Positions 9,397-19,721 of a DNA stretch of 64,000 bases are shown one piece after another. The stretch's first letter is position 1. Every line of letters begins with the position of its first letter. A model generated the notes under the pieces. The model had not been told where the DNA came from, searched no databases, and saw only the letters and a list, made by a program, of their open reading frames with translations. The position numbers and the translations under genes are program-made. Source of the DNA: Candidatus Krumholzibacteriota bacterium (GTDB lineage Bacteria > Krumholzibacteriota > Krumholzibacteriia > Krumholzibacteriales > Krumholzibacteriaceae); NCBI GenBank assembly GCA_030609325.1, contig JAUWCL010000001.1:2208-66207 (forward strand). The letters are read 5' to 3'.

Positions 9397-10420
9397 CCAA
9401 CCTGTTCTGCAGGTTGCGGAATTCCTTGAGGAGATCGGGCAGGCGTGCGGTAGCCGCACAGATCTTGCGGGCAAACGAATGTTCACGGGCGGGATATCCC
9501 GAAACGCTGGTTCCGGCCGGGATGCTCTTGGTGACGCCTCCCTGGGCGCCCACCCTCGCTCCGTCGCCGATCTTGATATGGCCGACAAGCCCTGCCTGTC
9601 CCGCCAGAACCACGTTCTTTCCCAGCTCGGTGCTGCCGGAGACCCCAACCTGGGCCGCGACCACCGAGTTTTCACCGATTACGACGTTATGAGCTATCTG
9701 CACGAGGTTATCCAGCTTCGAACCGCGCCCGATCAGTGTTACTCCCATCGTGGCCCTGTCGATCGTAGTATTGGCGCCGATCTCCACGTTTTCCTCGATC
9801 TTTACGATCCCGATCTGCGGTATCTTGTGATGTTCTTCCCCGTCCCTCGCGTATCCGAATCCATCACTCCCTATCACCGCACCCGAATGGATTATCACCA
9901 TGTTCCCGACCTCGCACTTCTCCCTGATCGTCACGTGGGGATAGATAAGGCAGTCGCTCCCGATCTTCACTCCCTCGTTAACGCACGCGAGAGGGAGGAT
10001 CGTTGTCCGGTCGCCGATGCTGACGTTCTCCTCGAGGACGACGTATGCCCCGATCGATATCTCCTTGCCGAGCTTCACGCTGTCAGCGATTATCGCGGTG
10101 GGGTGCACCTCGCGGCTGTACTTCTCGATCGGGCTCTCGGCGAAGAGCCTCACGACCTTGAGAAAGGCCAGATAAGGATTGTCGATACTGATGATGACCC
10201 CGCTGAAGCTGCCGTTTCCGCCCGCGGTGATCACGGCCGATGCGTTTGTCGACACGAGGTACGACTCGTACTTCGGATTCGCGAGAAACGTGATCTCGCC
10301 GGTGACGGCCTCCTTGATGCCGGCGACTCCCCGGATCTCTATAGATCCATCGCCGACGACCTCACCGCCGACTATCCCGGCGATCTCTGCTATACTGTAG
10401 GAAGGCATCTGCTGTACCAC
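9347..10420 (-). CDS. lpxD: UDP-3-O-acylglucosamine N-acyltransferase
   Basis: 357 aa with hexapeptide repeats and the N-terminal LpxD domain. The C-terminal coiled tail is present. Confidence 0.9.
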   Translation of the reverse strand: MVQQMPSYSIAEIAGIVGGEVVGDGSIEIRGVAGIKEAVTGEITFLANPKYESYLVSTNASAVITAGGNGSFSGVIISIDNPYLAFLKVVRLFAESPIEKYSREVHPTAIIADSVKLGKEISIGAYVVLEENVSIGDRTTILPLACVNEGVKIGSDCLIYPHVTIREKCEVGNMVIIHSGAVIGSDGFGYARDGEEHHKIPQIGIVKIEENVEIGANTTIDRATMGVTLIGRGSKLDNLVQIAHNVVIGENSVVAAQVGVSGSTELGKNVVLAGQAGLVGHIKIGDGARVGAQGGVTKSIPAGTSVSGYPAREHSFARKICAATARLPDLLKEFRNLQNRLDALEKGKGSGPSAEDD

Positions 10421-10522
10421 TCTGTTATTACCATTATTCCCGAATTATCGAAAAATACTATACCCCGGCATCGGGAAAAGCAAACAATATTATGCCGTCC
10501 GGGCGACACAAATCAGCGTAAC

Positions 10523-11059
10523 CTACTGTGTAGTCTCCATTTGCGCTTCAAGACGCGCTATGATCATGTCGGTGACATCTATCTCTTTGTCCGCATAGAC
10601 GATCACACCCTGGGAAGAGTCGAGAACGAGCGTAAACCCCTCTTCTTCGGCTACCTTCTCGATGATGCCGTTGATCTTCTCGACGATGGGCTCGGTGAGT
10701 TCCTTGTTCCGCCTGGCAGCCTCGCCTGTCTCCCCGAAGATATCATGCATGTACTTCTGGTAATCCTTTATCTTCTGGTCGTAGACGAGCTTCTTTTCCT
10801 CGAGCTTCTCAGCACTGAGCATAAGGCTCTGGCTCTGGATCTCTTCACTCATCCGGGCCAGCTCGGCCTCCATCTCCTCGGCCTGCTTTTTCCAGGCCTC
10901 GACCTCTTTCTTGTAGACCTCCTCGGCCTCGATCGTCTCCTTGAAATTTGCGAATATCTTGACCGTATCGATATAACCGATCTTTACCTCCGCCGCCGCC
11001 GGAACGGCCGCAGCAGTCACCATGCAGAGTGCCAGGACGATCATTGTGAGCTTTCTCAT
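10523..11059 (-). CDS. skp: Periplasmic chaperone Skp/OmpH
   Basis: The true start MRKLTMIVLAL... (ATG at 11059) has GGAGG 7 nt upstream and a signal peptide. The rest is a coiled-coil-rich, 178-aa Skp-like sequence. The ORF-track N-terminal 197 aa is a stop-free artefact. Confidence 0.8.
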   Translation of the reverse strand: MRKLTMIVLALCMVTAAAVPAAAEVKIGYIDTVKIFANFKETIEAEEVYKKEVEAWKKQAEEMEAELARMSEEIQSQSLMLSAEKLEEKKLVYDQKIKDYQKYMHDIFGETGEAARRNKELTEPIVEKINGIIEKVAEEEGFTLVLDSSQGVIVYADKEIDVTDMIIARLEAQMETTQ

Positions 11060-11130
11060 ATCATACCTCCTTCTATCCCGTTTCGAATTTCCTGGAAAAT
11101 AAAAGACCTCTCTCATGACGTAAACCTTTT

Positions 11131-13377
11131 TTAAAAGAAAGTGCCGAAGGTGAAATGGGGCTCCCATGCCGGGCCGCCGATCTTGTCGAATCCGTATCCG
11201 TAGTCGAATCCGAGGTTGCCCATGCCGGGCATCTCGATCCTGATACCTATGCCCAGCCCCCGTCTCATATTGTAGATGTTCGCCTCGGTCATCGAGTTCC
11301 ACGCGTTTCCTACGTCGTAGAAGACGAGGCCCCAGACCATCTGCGAGAAGGGGAAAACGAGCTCCTGCGAAATCCTGGTCATAAACGTTCCGCCTACGAA
11401 CGGATTGTTCCCCTCGGGCACGACCTCGTAGAAATCGTATCCCCTCAGAGGGAACCGCCTGTTTCCGCCGAGACGGTACTTCTCGTAATCCTCCACCTGC
11501 ACGCCGCCGTAGCCGTGGATGCCGGCGCCGTCGAGAGCCAGGTGGAAAGTCAGCTTCCAGAAGAGGAGCTTGAACCAGGAAATCGACGCGCTGTTCCTTA
11601 TGAACTGGACGTTGCCCCCGAAGATCCCGCCGGCCAGCTCGGTATTCCACGTGATGATCGAGCCTCTTGTCGGATGGAAGGGACTATCGGTCGAGTTCCT
11701 CACGATGCTCAGCGTCACGGTGCTTTTATTCAGCGGCCAGTCTACCCTCCTCAGCGATCCACTCTTCGGGTAGGACTGGTCGAAATCCGAGAGGTTCACC
11801 CTCTCGAACCTGTACCCGAGGAAGAACCTCGTGTAGTCGAGCATCGGCAGCTGACGCCCGCTGCGTATCGAGAATCCGGTCCTCGTATCCTTGTAGTACT
11901 GCTGGCTGACCCTGTTCTGCACCCAGTCGAACACATTGAGCGTCAAGGACCATTTCGTGTCGAAGAAATACGGTTCGGTGTACCTGAGGTTGAGGTTCTT
12001 GCGGTACCTGCCGAACTCCCAGTCAAACCCGACCGTTTTTCCGCGGCCGAGGAAGTTGTTCTCCTGCATGCCTAGAAAACCGGTCAGCCTGTTGAGCTGC
12101 GAGAATCCGAAACCGGCCCTGAAGCTCCCCGTCTGCTTCTCCTCGACTTCGATCAGCAGGTTGATGTCGCCCTCGTCACCGACCGGTTCGGTGTCTATCT
12201 TCGGCGGTCCGTTGAAATACCCCAGCTGGAATATCTCGCGGATGCTGCGCTGGATATCCTGCAGTATGAACCTGTCGCCCGGATAGACATCGAGCTCGCG
12301 GCGTATGATGTTCTCGAATGTCTTCGTGTTGCCCGTGATCTTGATCTCGTGTATCGAGGCGGGCTGGTTCTCGACGATCTCGAGGTCGAGATCTATCATC
12401 CTCCGCCGTTTCGTCCGGGTAGGGATGACGCGGCTCCAGATGTAGCCGTTCTCCCAGTAGACTGAGTTGATGCCCATGTTGGTCATCTCCATGGCGTGCA
12501 TGGAGAAGGGATCGCCCTCGACGAGCATGATCAGATCCTCTATCTCCTCGTCTTCGATCTCCTCGTTCCCGTCCCAGGTGATGTCGCCGACGTAGTATCG
12601 GTTCCCCTCTTGGATCCTTATGTAGATGTCCACCCGACGGCCCTCCTGGACCGTCTCGATATGATCGACAGTCACCCTGGCGTCGAGATACCCGTCGTCG
12701 CGGTAGAGGACAAGGATCTTTTCGAGGTCCTCCTCGAGCACCTTGGGCTTGTAGTCCCCTCCCCTGAACCACGAGTCGGGCTTGCTCTCCATCAGGCCGA
12801 AGAGGTCCTTCGAACTGAACACCCCGTTGCCGAGAATGTCGATGTGGCGGATCTTGACCTTCTCGCCCTCGTCGATCCTGTATGTCACGTAGATCTTGTG
12901 TTCTTCCCTCGAAGGGACCCTGTCGACCTCTATCCTCGCCCCGTTGTATCCTTTCTCGGCATAGAGGTCCCTTATGGCGGTGATGTCCCTCGTTATCATC
13001 GCCGGGCGGGCGAAATACCCCTCTCGGATGGAGATCTTGGCCCTTATGTCGTTTTCCTTTATCTTGCGGTTCCCCTTCACGCCCACCGACTTGACCCTCG
13101 GGTACTCCTCGACTACGATCGTCAGAACGGCTTTCCCGCCCTCCTCGTAGTAATACGCCTGTACGTCGGAGAAGTCCTTCGTCCTCACCAGCCGCTTGAT
13201 CCCCTGGGAGATCTTCTCCGCTACGAATGTGTCTCCGGCCTTCACGCCGAGGATCGATTGGATCTTCGTATCGGTCACAAACACGTTGCCCTCGACATCG
13301 ACCCTGTCGACCTCGATCGAGAGGGCCTGCGAGGAGGCCGCAAGTATGATAAACAGTGCAGTAAAAAGCGTTTTCAT
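11131..13377 (-). CDS. bamA: Outer membrane protein assembly factor BamA
   Basis: 748 aa with a signal peptide, repeated POTRA modules and a C-terminal Omp85 beta-barrel ending in an aromatic residue (F). Confidence 0.9.
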   Translation of the reverse strand: MKTLFTALFIILAASSQALSIEVDRVDVEGNVFVTDTKIQSILGVKAGDTFVAEKISQGIKRLVRTKDFSDVQAYYYEEGGKAVLTIVVEEYPRVKSVGVKGNRKIKENDIRAKISIREGYFARPAMITRDITAIRDLYAEKGYNGARIEVDRVPSREEHKIYVTYRIDEGEKVKIRHIDILGNGVFSSKDLFGLMESKPDSWFRGGDYKPKVLEEDLEKILVLYRDDGYLDARVTVDHIETVQEGRRVDIYIRIQEGNRYYVGDITWDGNEEIEDEEIEDLIMLVEGDPFSMHAMEMTNMGINSVYWENGYIWSRVIPTRTKRRRMIDLDLEIVENQPASIHEIKITGNTKTFENIIRRELDVYPGDRFILQDIQRSIREIFQLGYFNGPPKIDTEPVGDEGDINLLIEVEEKQTGSFRAGFGFSQLNRLTGFLGMQENNFLGRGKTVGFDWEFGRYRKNLNLRYTEPYFFDTKWSLTLNVFDWVQNRVSQQYYKDTRTGFSIRSGRQLPMLDYTRFFLGYRFERVNLSDFDQSYPKSGSLRRVDWPLNKSTVTLSIVRNSTDSPFHPTRGSIITWNTELAGGIFGGNVQFIRNSASISWFKLLFWKLTFHLALDGAGIHGYGGVQVEDYEKYRLGGNRRFPLRGYDFYEVVPEGNNPFVGGTFMTRISQELVFPFSQMVWGLVFYDVGNAWNSMTEANIYNMRRGLGIGIRIEMPGMGNLGFDYGYGFDKIGGPAWEPHFTFGTFF

Positions 13378-13557
13378 CGTTCCTTATCCATTGATCCCGG
13401 TTCGAATCCGGTGAATGCTAGCACAGCCCCTCACGGCCTGCAAAGACAAAAGAACAGCCGGTCTGAATGCGGGCCGCGCTCCCGCCTCGCTCAGGAGTCA
13501 GTATAAGATATGACACCCGGGCCACAGGGGAAAGCCCGTTTCTCCGGCTTTTCGAAA

Positions 13558-13582
13558 GGCCCCGGGATTCCTTCCCGGGGCC
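13558..13582 (-). terminator. Candidate terminator hairpin downstream of clpC
   Basis: Perfect 9-bp inverted repeat GGCCCCGGG-attcctt-CCCGGGGCC, about 60 nt after the clpC stop. It is followed on the minus strand by TTTCGAAAAG, which is only moderately U-rich. Confidence 0.4.
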
Positions 13583-13639
13583 CATATTCTTCTACGTTTC
13601 AGGGTATATGCGGTTCCAGCTATTCTCGCGCGGGGCGGC

Positions 13640-16108
13640 CTATTCCGCCTTGCACGAATCGACCTTCTTCTTATCAACTATGAAAAGAAGACCGTCCGAA
13701 GAGGGATTCGCGGTGATCTTCAGGGTATCGTTCCTGTTTATCTCCCCACCCAGCATTTTCTCGCTCAGCGGGTCCTCGAGCAGCTTCTGGATAGCCCTCT
13801 TGAGCGGCCTCGCGCCGAAGGCCGGATCGTAACCCTTGTCGATTATGAATCCCCTGGCTTCCACGGTGATCTCGAAATCGAGGTTCATCGCCCCGAGTCT
13901 GCTGTAGAGGTCCTTCAGAAGGATCTCGATGACCTCCATCAAATCGCTGCGGTCGAGCTGCCTGAAGACGATCAGCTCATCGATCCTGTTGGTGAATTCC
14001 GGGTTGAATATCTGCCTTGTGGCCTCCATGATCTTGCTCTTCATGTGATCGTAACCGGCGTCGGTGCCTCCGTCCTCGGAGACGAACCCCATACCCTTCT
14101 TTCCCTTCACTTCTTTGGCGCCGGCGTTCGAGGTCATGATGAGGACCGTGTTCCTGAAATCGACCCTGCGGCCGAACGAATCGGTCAGGCTGCCCTCCTC
14201 GAGGATCTGCAGAAGAAGGTTGAAGACATCGGGATGCGCCTTCTCTATCTCGTCGAGAAGCACCACGGAGTACGGCTTGCGCCTTACCTTCTCGGTAAGC
14301 TGCCCGCCCTCCTCGTAGCCGACGTATCCCGGAGGAGCGCCGATAAGCCTGGAGATAGCGAACTTCTCCATGTACTCCGACATGTCTATCTGGATGAGGG
14401 CGTCCTCGCTCTCGAACAGAGTGGCCGACAGCGTCCTGGCCAACTCAGTCTTGCCGACGCCCGTCGGGCCGAGGAACACGAACGAGCCTATAGGCCTTCG
14501 CGGATCGCGCAGGCCCGCCCTGTTGCGCCTTACGGCCCTGGCAACCGCCTGGAGGGCCGGCTCCTGGCCAACGACCCTCTTGCGCAGCTCGTCCTCGAGA
14601 TTGAGGAGTTTGACCGTCTCCTCCTGCTCGACGTCGGCTACGGGAATGCCGGTCATATCGGAGATCACGGTTGCAACGTCCTTCGCCGTGACAATCGATT
14701 CGCTCTCCTGCCTCGACTCGGTCCATTCCCTGTGCCTCTCCTTCAGAGCGGCGCGCAGCTCCTTCTCCTGGTCCCTGAACGAGGCGGCCTTCTCGAACTC
14801 CTGCGCCTGGATCGAGGACTCCTTCTCCTTGGATATCTCCTCGATCTGCCTCTCCATCTCCCTCAGCTCCTCAGGGATCGTGGTCACCGAGAGTCTCGCC
14901 CTCGCACCGGCCTCGTCTATCACGTCGATCGCCTTGTCGGGCAGGAAGCGCCCCTGTACGTACCTCTGCGAGAGATGCACGGCCTGGCTGATCGCGTCGT
15001 CGGTGAATTTCGTCCTGTGATGGGCCTCGTACTTGTCGCGCAGCCCGAGGATGATCAGGATCGTCTCGTCCTCGGTGGGCGGATTGATCATGATCGACTG
15101 GAACCTTCGTTCGAGTGCGCCGTCCTTCTCTATGTGCTTGCGGTACTCATCGAGCGTGGTCGCCCCGACGCACTGTATCTCGCCCCTCGAGAGAGCCGGT
15201 TTGAGCATATTCGAGGCGTCTATCGCCCCCTCCGCTCCTCCGGCACCAACGATCGTGTGTATCTCGTCGATGAAGATTATTATCTGTTCGTTTTCGTGGA
15301 TCTCGGCGATGATATTCTTAAGACGTTCCTCGAACTGTCCTCTGTACTTGGTTCCTGCTACAACTGATGCGAGATCGAGTGTTGTTATCCTTTTGTCCTT
15401 GAGAAGCTCGGGCACCTTGTTGGCGATGATCTTCTGGGCGAGGCCCTCTATGATAGCGGTCTTGCCCACGCCAGGCTCTCCTATGAGCACGGGGTTGTTC
15501 TTTTTTCTCCTGCAGAGTATCTGGATTATCCTGCCCATCTCCTTGTCCCTGCCTATGATCGGATCGAGCTTGTTGTCCCTGGCCAGCTGCGTGAGGTCCC
15601 GTCCGAACTGGTCCAGGGTCGGCGTTTCGCTCTTCGCCTGCTTTGCCCGGTCGGAGCCGCGTCCTGCGCCGCTCTGGTGGATCATCTTCATGATCTCCTC
15701 GCGGACCCTCTTGCGTTCGACGCCCAGCTCGAGCAGCACGCGTGCGGCGACTCCCTCGCCTTCCCGGATCAGCCCGAGAAGAAGGTGTTCGGTGCCGACG
15801 TAGTTGTGCCCGAGGAGCCTTGCTTCCTCGATCGAGAGCTCGAGCACCCGCTTGCCCCTGGGCGTCAGCGGCACCTCGCCCAGCGTCAGCGTATCGCCGC
15901 TGGGCCGGACGATGTTCTCTATCGCCTGCTGGATCTGGTCGAGGTCGAGATCGAGTTTCTGCAACACCCGCGCGGCAATCCCCTCGCCCTCGCGCACTAT
16001 GCCGAGCAGAAGGTGCTCCGTGCCTATATAATCGTGCTGCAGCCTGTTCGCCTCGTCCCGCGCGAGGTATATGACCTTTCTGACCCGCTCTGTGAACTTG
16101 TCGTTCAT
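13640..16108 (-). CDS. clpC: ATP-dependent Clp protease ATP-binding subunit ClpC
   Basis: 822 aa with a duplicated Clp N-domain, two AAA+ modules (GEPGVGKT, GPTGVGKT), a UVR-like linker and a ClpP-binding loop region. Confidence 0.9.
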   Translation of the reverse strand: MNDKFTERVRKVIYLARDEANRLQHDYIGTEHLLLGIVREGEGIAARVLQKLDLDLDQIQQAIENIVRPSGDTLTLGEVPLTPRGKRVLELSIEEARLLGHNYVGTEHLLLGLIREGEGVAARVLLELGVERKRVREEIMKMIHQSGAGRGSDRAKQAKSETPTLDQFGRDLTQLARDNKLDPIIGRDKEMGRIIQILCRRKKNNPVLIGEPGVGKTAIIEGLAQKIIANKVPELLKDKRITTLDLASVVAGTKYRGQFEERLKNIIAEIHENEQIIIFIDEIHTIVGAGGAEGAIDASNMLKPALSRGEIQCVGATTLDEYRKHIEKDGALERRFQSIMINPPTEDETILIILGLRDKYEAHHRTKFTDDAISQAVHLSQRYVQGRFLPDKAIDVIDEAGARARLSVTTIPEELREMERQIEEISKEKESSIQAQEFEKAASFRDQEKELRAALKERHREWTESRQESESIVTAKDVATVISDMTGIPVADVEQEETVKLLNLEDELRKRVVGQEPALQAVARAVRRNRAGLRDPRRPIGSFVFLGPTGVGKTELARTLSATLFESEDALIQIDMSEYMEKFAISRLIGAPPGYVGYEEGGQLTEKVRRKPYSVVLLDEIEKAHPDVFNLLLQILEEGSLTDSFGRRVDFRNTVLIMTSNAGAKEVKGKKGMGFVSEDGGTDAGYDHMKSKIMEATRQIFNPEFTNRIDELIVFRQLDRSDLMEVIEILLKDLYSRLGAMNLDFEITVEARGFIIDKGYDPAFGARPLKRAIQKLLEDPLSEKMLGGEINRNDTLKITANPSSDGLLFIVDKKKVDSCKAE

Positions 16109-16147
16109 GTGCCCCGGTCTTCCTTTCCCCAGGCGGACCCGGCGCCT

Positions 16148-17209
16148 TCAGGACGCCTTCAGCCTCGACCTGATGTAATCAGCTCTGCTCCTGTCCCTCT
16201 CGTCCGGTCCCATGACCTTTTCGTAGAGCATCTGGAGATGCATCGGCTGGATCATTATCAGTATCTCGTTGAGATCGGACAGCCCCGTGTCGGTGACGAT
16301 CCCGAGACCGACGCCGAGACGGACTGCCGAGATGAGCCCCATGGCTTCCCTGGAATCGAGCATCCTCGCGTTCTTCAGAATGCCGTAGGCCCTCCAGATC
16401 TTATCTTCGAGCAAACTCCGTGCCTCTTTGAGAAGGGTTTCACGTGCTTTCTTCTCGAATTCGAGCACTTTTCGTATATGCGAATCCATGTTTTTCACTG
16501 TATCCGACTCGGACAGTCCGAGGGTAATCAAGTTCGATATCTGGAAGAAATTACCCACCACCTCACTTCCTTCCCCATAACTACCCCTCACACTTAATCT
16601 TACGTGCCTGAGGCCGTCCGAGACCTGCCTGATGTCGCCGTTGTGGACCAGTCCCGGGAGGTGGACCATCGCCGAGACCCGCAGCCCGGTGCCGACATTG
16701 GTGGCGCAGGCAGTCAGATATCCGAACCGGTCGGAAAAGGCGAATTCGAGGCTTCCGTCGAGATCGTCGTCGAGACGGCTCACCCTGTCGAACGCCTCGC
16801 ACACCGCCAGTCCAGACTCGAAAGACTGGAGCCTGATGTGATCCTCCTCGTTTACCATAACGCTGAGTTTCTCGCCCCTTGCAACCGCCAGGCCGCGGTT
16901 GGTGAATCTCCTGACCATATCATGCGATATGAGCCTTCTCTCCGCGAGGATCATGCGCTCCGGCTCGGTCGTATCGTTCATGTCGAGGAATATCGAGCCC
17001 TTCATCGAGGGGGCAAGTGCAAGCGCGTCCCTTACCTCGTCGCGGACCAAGGTAAGTTCGGATGCCTCCGCGCAGTAAGTAAACTTCCTTCCATCGATGT
17101 TGCGGGCAAGCCTCACGCGTGTGGCGAAGACAAGCTCGCTCTCCTCACCTCCCTCGGCCAGCCAGGACGCGGGGTTCTTGAGAAGCCTCTGCAGCTGCTT
17201 CTGTTTCAA
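16148..17209 (-). CDS. mcsB: Protein-arginine kinase McsB
   Basis: Aligns along its length to B. subtilis McsB (ASWLAEGGEESELVFATRVRLARN vs SSWMKQKGPESDIVLSSRIRLARN; NEEDHIRLQ; CATNVGTGLR phosphagen-kinase motif). The TTG start overlaps the mcsA stop (TTGA at 17206-17209). Confidence 0.85.
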   Translation of the reverse strand: MKQKQLQRLLKNPASWLAEGGEESELVFATRVRLARNIDGRKFTYCAEASELTLVRDEVRDALALAPSMKGSIFLDMNDTTEPERMILAERRLISHDMVRRFTNRGLAVARGEKLSVMVNEEDHIRLQSFESGLAVCEAFDRVSRLDDDLDGSLEFAFSDRFGYLTACATNVGTGLRVSAMVHLPGLVHNGDIRQVSDGLRHVRLSVRGSYGEGSEVVGNFFQISNLITLGLSESDTVKNMDSHIRKVLEFEKKARETLLKEARSLLEDKIWRAYGILKNARMLDSREAMGLISAVRLGVGLGIVTDTGLSDLNEILIMIQPMHLQMLYEKVMGPDERDRSRADYIRSRLKAS

Positions 17210-17709
17210 CGCTTTTCCATCCCCTTCTTCAGATCGGCGATCTCGTCCCTGAGCCGGGCGGCCCTCTCGTAGTTCTCCAGCTCCACGGAGATTCTCAGCT
17301 CGTCCTCGAGGGCGCGTATCCTGCGTCTCGCGTGGACCTTCTCGGTGCAGTACCTGCGCGGAGACTTTCCGAGGTGCCTGGCGTTCCCGTGTATCCTCTT
17401 CAGGACCTTCGCGATTTCCTCCCCGAACGAATCGTAGCATTTCGAGCATCCCAGGCCGGCGGACTTGCTGAATGCCGCGTACGTCCTCCCGCAGTGCTCG
17501 CACCTCCTTCTCGCCCCCCCCTTCTCCGGCAGGGCACTGCTGACCAGCCCGGCGAGGAGGTCGGTCTTCTCGAAATTGCTCCTCTTCAGGTAATCGAAGC
17601 CCTTTGCCTCGGCGCAGGACCGGCATATGTGGATCTTCACGACCTTGTTTCCATCGACGTTGGTGAAATGTATAGTCGCGTTATTCTTCTTGCAGAACTG
17701 GCAGATCAT
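17206..17709 (-). CDS. mcsA: McsA, activator of protein-arginine kinase (zinc-finger / UVR domain protein)
   Basis: Paired CxxC zinc ribbons (CQFCKK...CRSC; CEHCGR...CSKC) followed by a UVR-like helix (RIRALEDELRISVELENYERAARLRDEIADLK). Confidence 0.75.
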   Translation of the reverse strand: MICQFCKKNNATIHFTNVDGNKVVKIHICRSCAEAKGFDYLKRSNFEKTDLLAGLVSSALPEKGGARRRCEHCGRTYAAFSKSAGLGCSKCYDSFGEEIAKVLKRIHGNARHLGKSPRRYCTEKVHARRRIRALEDELRISVELENYERAARLRDEIADLKKGMEKR

Positions 17710-18395
17710 ATCTTCATCACCGCCACCGACTTGAGTTTGCCTCCCTCCAGCACGAAGCAGCGATCGGCCTTATCGAGGAGCTCCCTCTTGTGCGTCACCA
17801 CGACGAACATCTGGTCCTTCGACCGGCTCAGCTCGAGCATCAGGTCATGAAGAATTTCGCTGTTGGCCTCGTCGAGATTCCCGGACGGTTCGTCGGCAAG
17901 TACGATTGCCGGATCGTTCATCAGGGCCCTGGCTACCGCGACCCTCTGCTGCTCTCCGCCCGACAGCTCGGCGGGCCTGTGCGTGAGCCTCTCGGCGAGG
18001 CCGACCTCCGCTAGGAGCCCGGCTGCCCTCTCCTCCGCACCGTGCTCGGTGCCGCTCCTGAGGAGGGCGGGCATCATGACGTTTTCCAGGGCGTCAAACT
18101 CGGGGAGAAGATAGTGAAACTGGAATACGAACCCGAGGTCCCTGTTCCTTATCGCGTTGAGTTCCCTGTCGGGCACGACGAACGGGTTTTTCCCGCGGAT
18201 CAGCACTCGGCCGCTGTCAGGGGTATCGAGTGTGCCGAGCACGTGCAGGAGGGTCGATTTGCCCGCGCCGGAGGCACCGAGTATCGCTACTACCTCTCCC
18301 CCTTTGGCCTCGAAATCGATCCCCCTGAGAACCTCGATATTTCCCTTGCGGCTCGTGAAGCTCTTCGTCACATTTTCGGCGCTGAGAATACTCAT
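17706..18395 (-). CDS. lolD: Lipoprotein-releasing ABC transporter ATP-binding protein LolD
   Basis: Walker A GASGAGKST, ABC signature LSGGEQQRVAVARAL, and Walker B LADEPSGNLD. Confidence 0.8.
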   Translation of the reverse strand: MSILSAENVTKSFTSRKGNIEVLRGIDFEAKGGEVVAILGASGAGKSTLLHVLGTLDTPDSGRVLIRGKNPFVVPDRELNAIRNRDLGFVFQFHYLLPEFDALENVMMPALLRSGTEHGAEERAAGLLAEVGLAERLTHRPAELSGGEQQRVAVARALMNDPAIVLADEPSGNLDEANSEILHDLMLELSRSKDQMFVVVTHKRELLDKADRCFVLEGGKLKSVAVMKI

Positions 18396-18454
18396 GATCT
18401 CTCACCCGTTTGAAATATACAGCCTGGCGCCTCGATGGGCAACCGTGCTATCAG

Positions 18455-19714
18455 TCAGTCGTAACGTATCGCGTCGAGGGGCGACATGTTGCACGCTTCC
18501 CAACTCGGATAGAGGGTCGCCGCGAACGATATGAACAACGCGGCTGCAGATACCATGACGACGTCGAAAGTCCTTACTGCCACCGGGAGCGTGTTGATGA
18601 AATAGACGTCGGCGGGCAGATCGAGCTCGACCGCCGAGAGCATGGCGCAGATACCCAACCCGGCGGCCACACCGAGAACAGTCCCCAGCGCCCCTATGAT
18701 CGTCCCCTCCATCATGAATATCGACATAATCCCTCTCGAAGACGCCCCCATCGACCTCAGAATCCCTATCTCGCTGCGCTTCTCCATGATTACCATCGTC
18801 AGCATCCCGACGAGGTTGAAGGCTGCGATGAGTATGATCAGCGTTAGCAGCAGGAACATCAGTACCTTCTCCACCTTGATGTAGCTGAAGAGATTCCTGT
18901 TCATCCTGATCCAGTTGTTCATGCCGTAGGCGCCGCTCCTCTCGAGCCTGCTGTCGATCCGGTCCTCCGTCTCCGCCACCTCCCAGATATTGGACGTACG
19001 GACACCGATCCCCCTGGTCGACGCCTCGAAGTCGAAGAAATCCTCCGCCTCCCCGATATCGATATAGGCGAACCGCGAATCGAACTCGAACACGCCGGTC
19101 TTGAAGAAACCAAGGACGCGGAACTCTCTCGTCCGCGGCTGTATCGCTCCCATCCTCATCTCGGCCGGCGCGCTGACGAGAGTGATGATCTCGCCGAGGT
19201 AGACCTTGAGGTCATCGCCGAGGTCCTCACCGAGCACGACCCCGGGCAGATCCCTGCCGTCCTCGAAGCCTGTCGATTCGAAAGACCTTATCGGCGGTAC
19301 GAACGAGTCGACTACCGCCGAGACGTTCCGCTCGGCGTCGAGGTCGACACCCTTTACGATGACACCCTTTGTCTTGACCCTCATCCCTGGGATCAACTCG
19401 TAAAAGAGCAGGGCCTCGCCCCTTATGAACGGCGAGGCGGCGACCACCCCGTCCACCTCCTCCACGATGGCCGTGACGCTGTCTATCCCCGACCACGAGC
19501 CGGGCAGGCTGGCAAAGACGATCACGTGCGTGTTGAACTCGATTATCCGGCTGCGAAGCTCACTCTCGAAACCGTTCATCAGCGAGAGGACGATTATCAG
19601 CACAGCCACTCCGACGAGCGTTCCCCCGACGGCGATCATCGTCACGCGAGATACGAATCCGCTGCGGCGGCGGGCACTGAGATACCTGAGCGCTATTGCC
19701 AGGGAGTAGTGCAT
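18455..19714 (-). CDS. lolE: Lipoprotein-releasing system permease LolC/LolE (FtsX family)
   Basis: 419 aa with an N-terminal TM helix, a large periplasmic loop and C-terminal FtsX-like TM helices. Sits adjacent to lolD. Confidence 0.8.
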   Translation of the reverse strand: MHYSLAIALRYLSARRRSGFVSRVTMIAVGGTLVGVAVLIIVLSLMNGFESELRSRIIEFNTHVIVFASLPGSWSGIDSVTAIVEEVDGVVAASPFIRGEALLFYELIPGMRVKTKGVIVKGVDLDAERNVSAVVDSFVPPIRSFESTGFEDGRDLPGVVLGEDLGDDLKVYLGEIITLVSAPAEMRMGAIQPRTREFRVLGFFKTGVFEFDSRFAYIDIGEAEDFFDFEASTRGIGVRTSNIWEVAETEDRIDSRLERSGAYGMNNWIRMNRNLFSYIKVEKVLMFLLLTLIILIAAFNLVGMLTMVIMEKRSEIGILRSMGASSRGIMSIFMMEGTIIGALGTVLGVAAGLGICAMLSAVELDLPADVYFINTLPVAVRTFDVVMVSAAALFISFAATLYPSWEACNMSPLDAIRYD

Positions 19715-19721
19715 GCCTGCG

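Noticed and set aside
10523-11650. Long N-terminal extensions on ORF-track models. Examples: skp at 375 aa, mcsB at 492 aa, fabG at 312 aa, the thiE-like gene at 464 aa, lpxC-fabZ at 537 aa and the DUF374-like gene at 308 aa.
   Set aside because: The extensions are Arg-rich and overlap the upstream gene in another frame. Homology begins at internal start codons with RBS-like sequences, which were used as the gene starts above.
13388-13403. tRNA-like T-arm motif CCCGGTTCGAATCCGG just upstream of the bamA start
   Set aside because: No matching acceptor, D or anticodon arms are present. The 5' half would lie inside the bamA coding sequence. The motif is a near-palindrome (TTCGAA core), so it is a small hairpin or chance occurrence.
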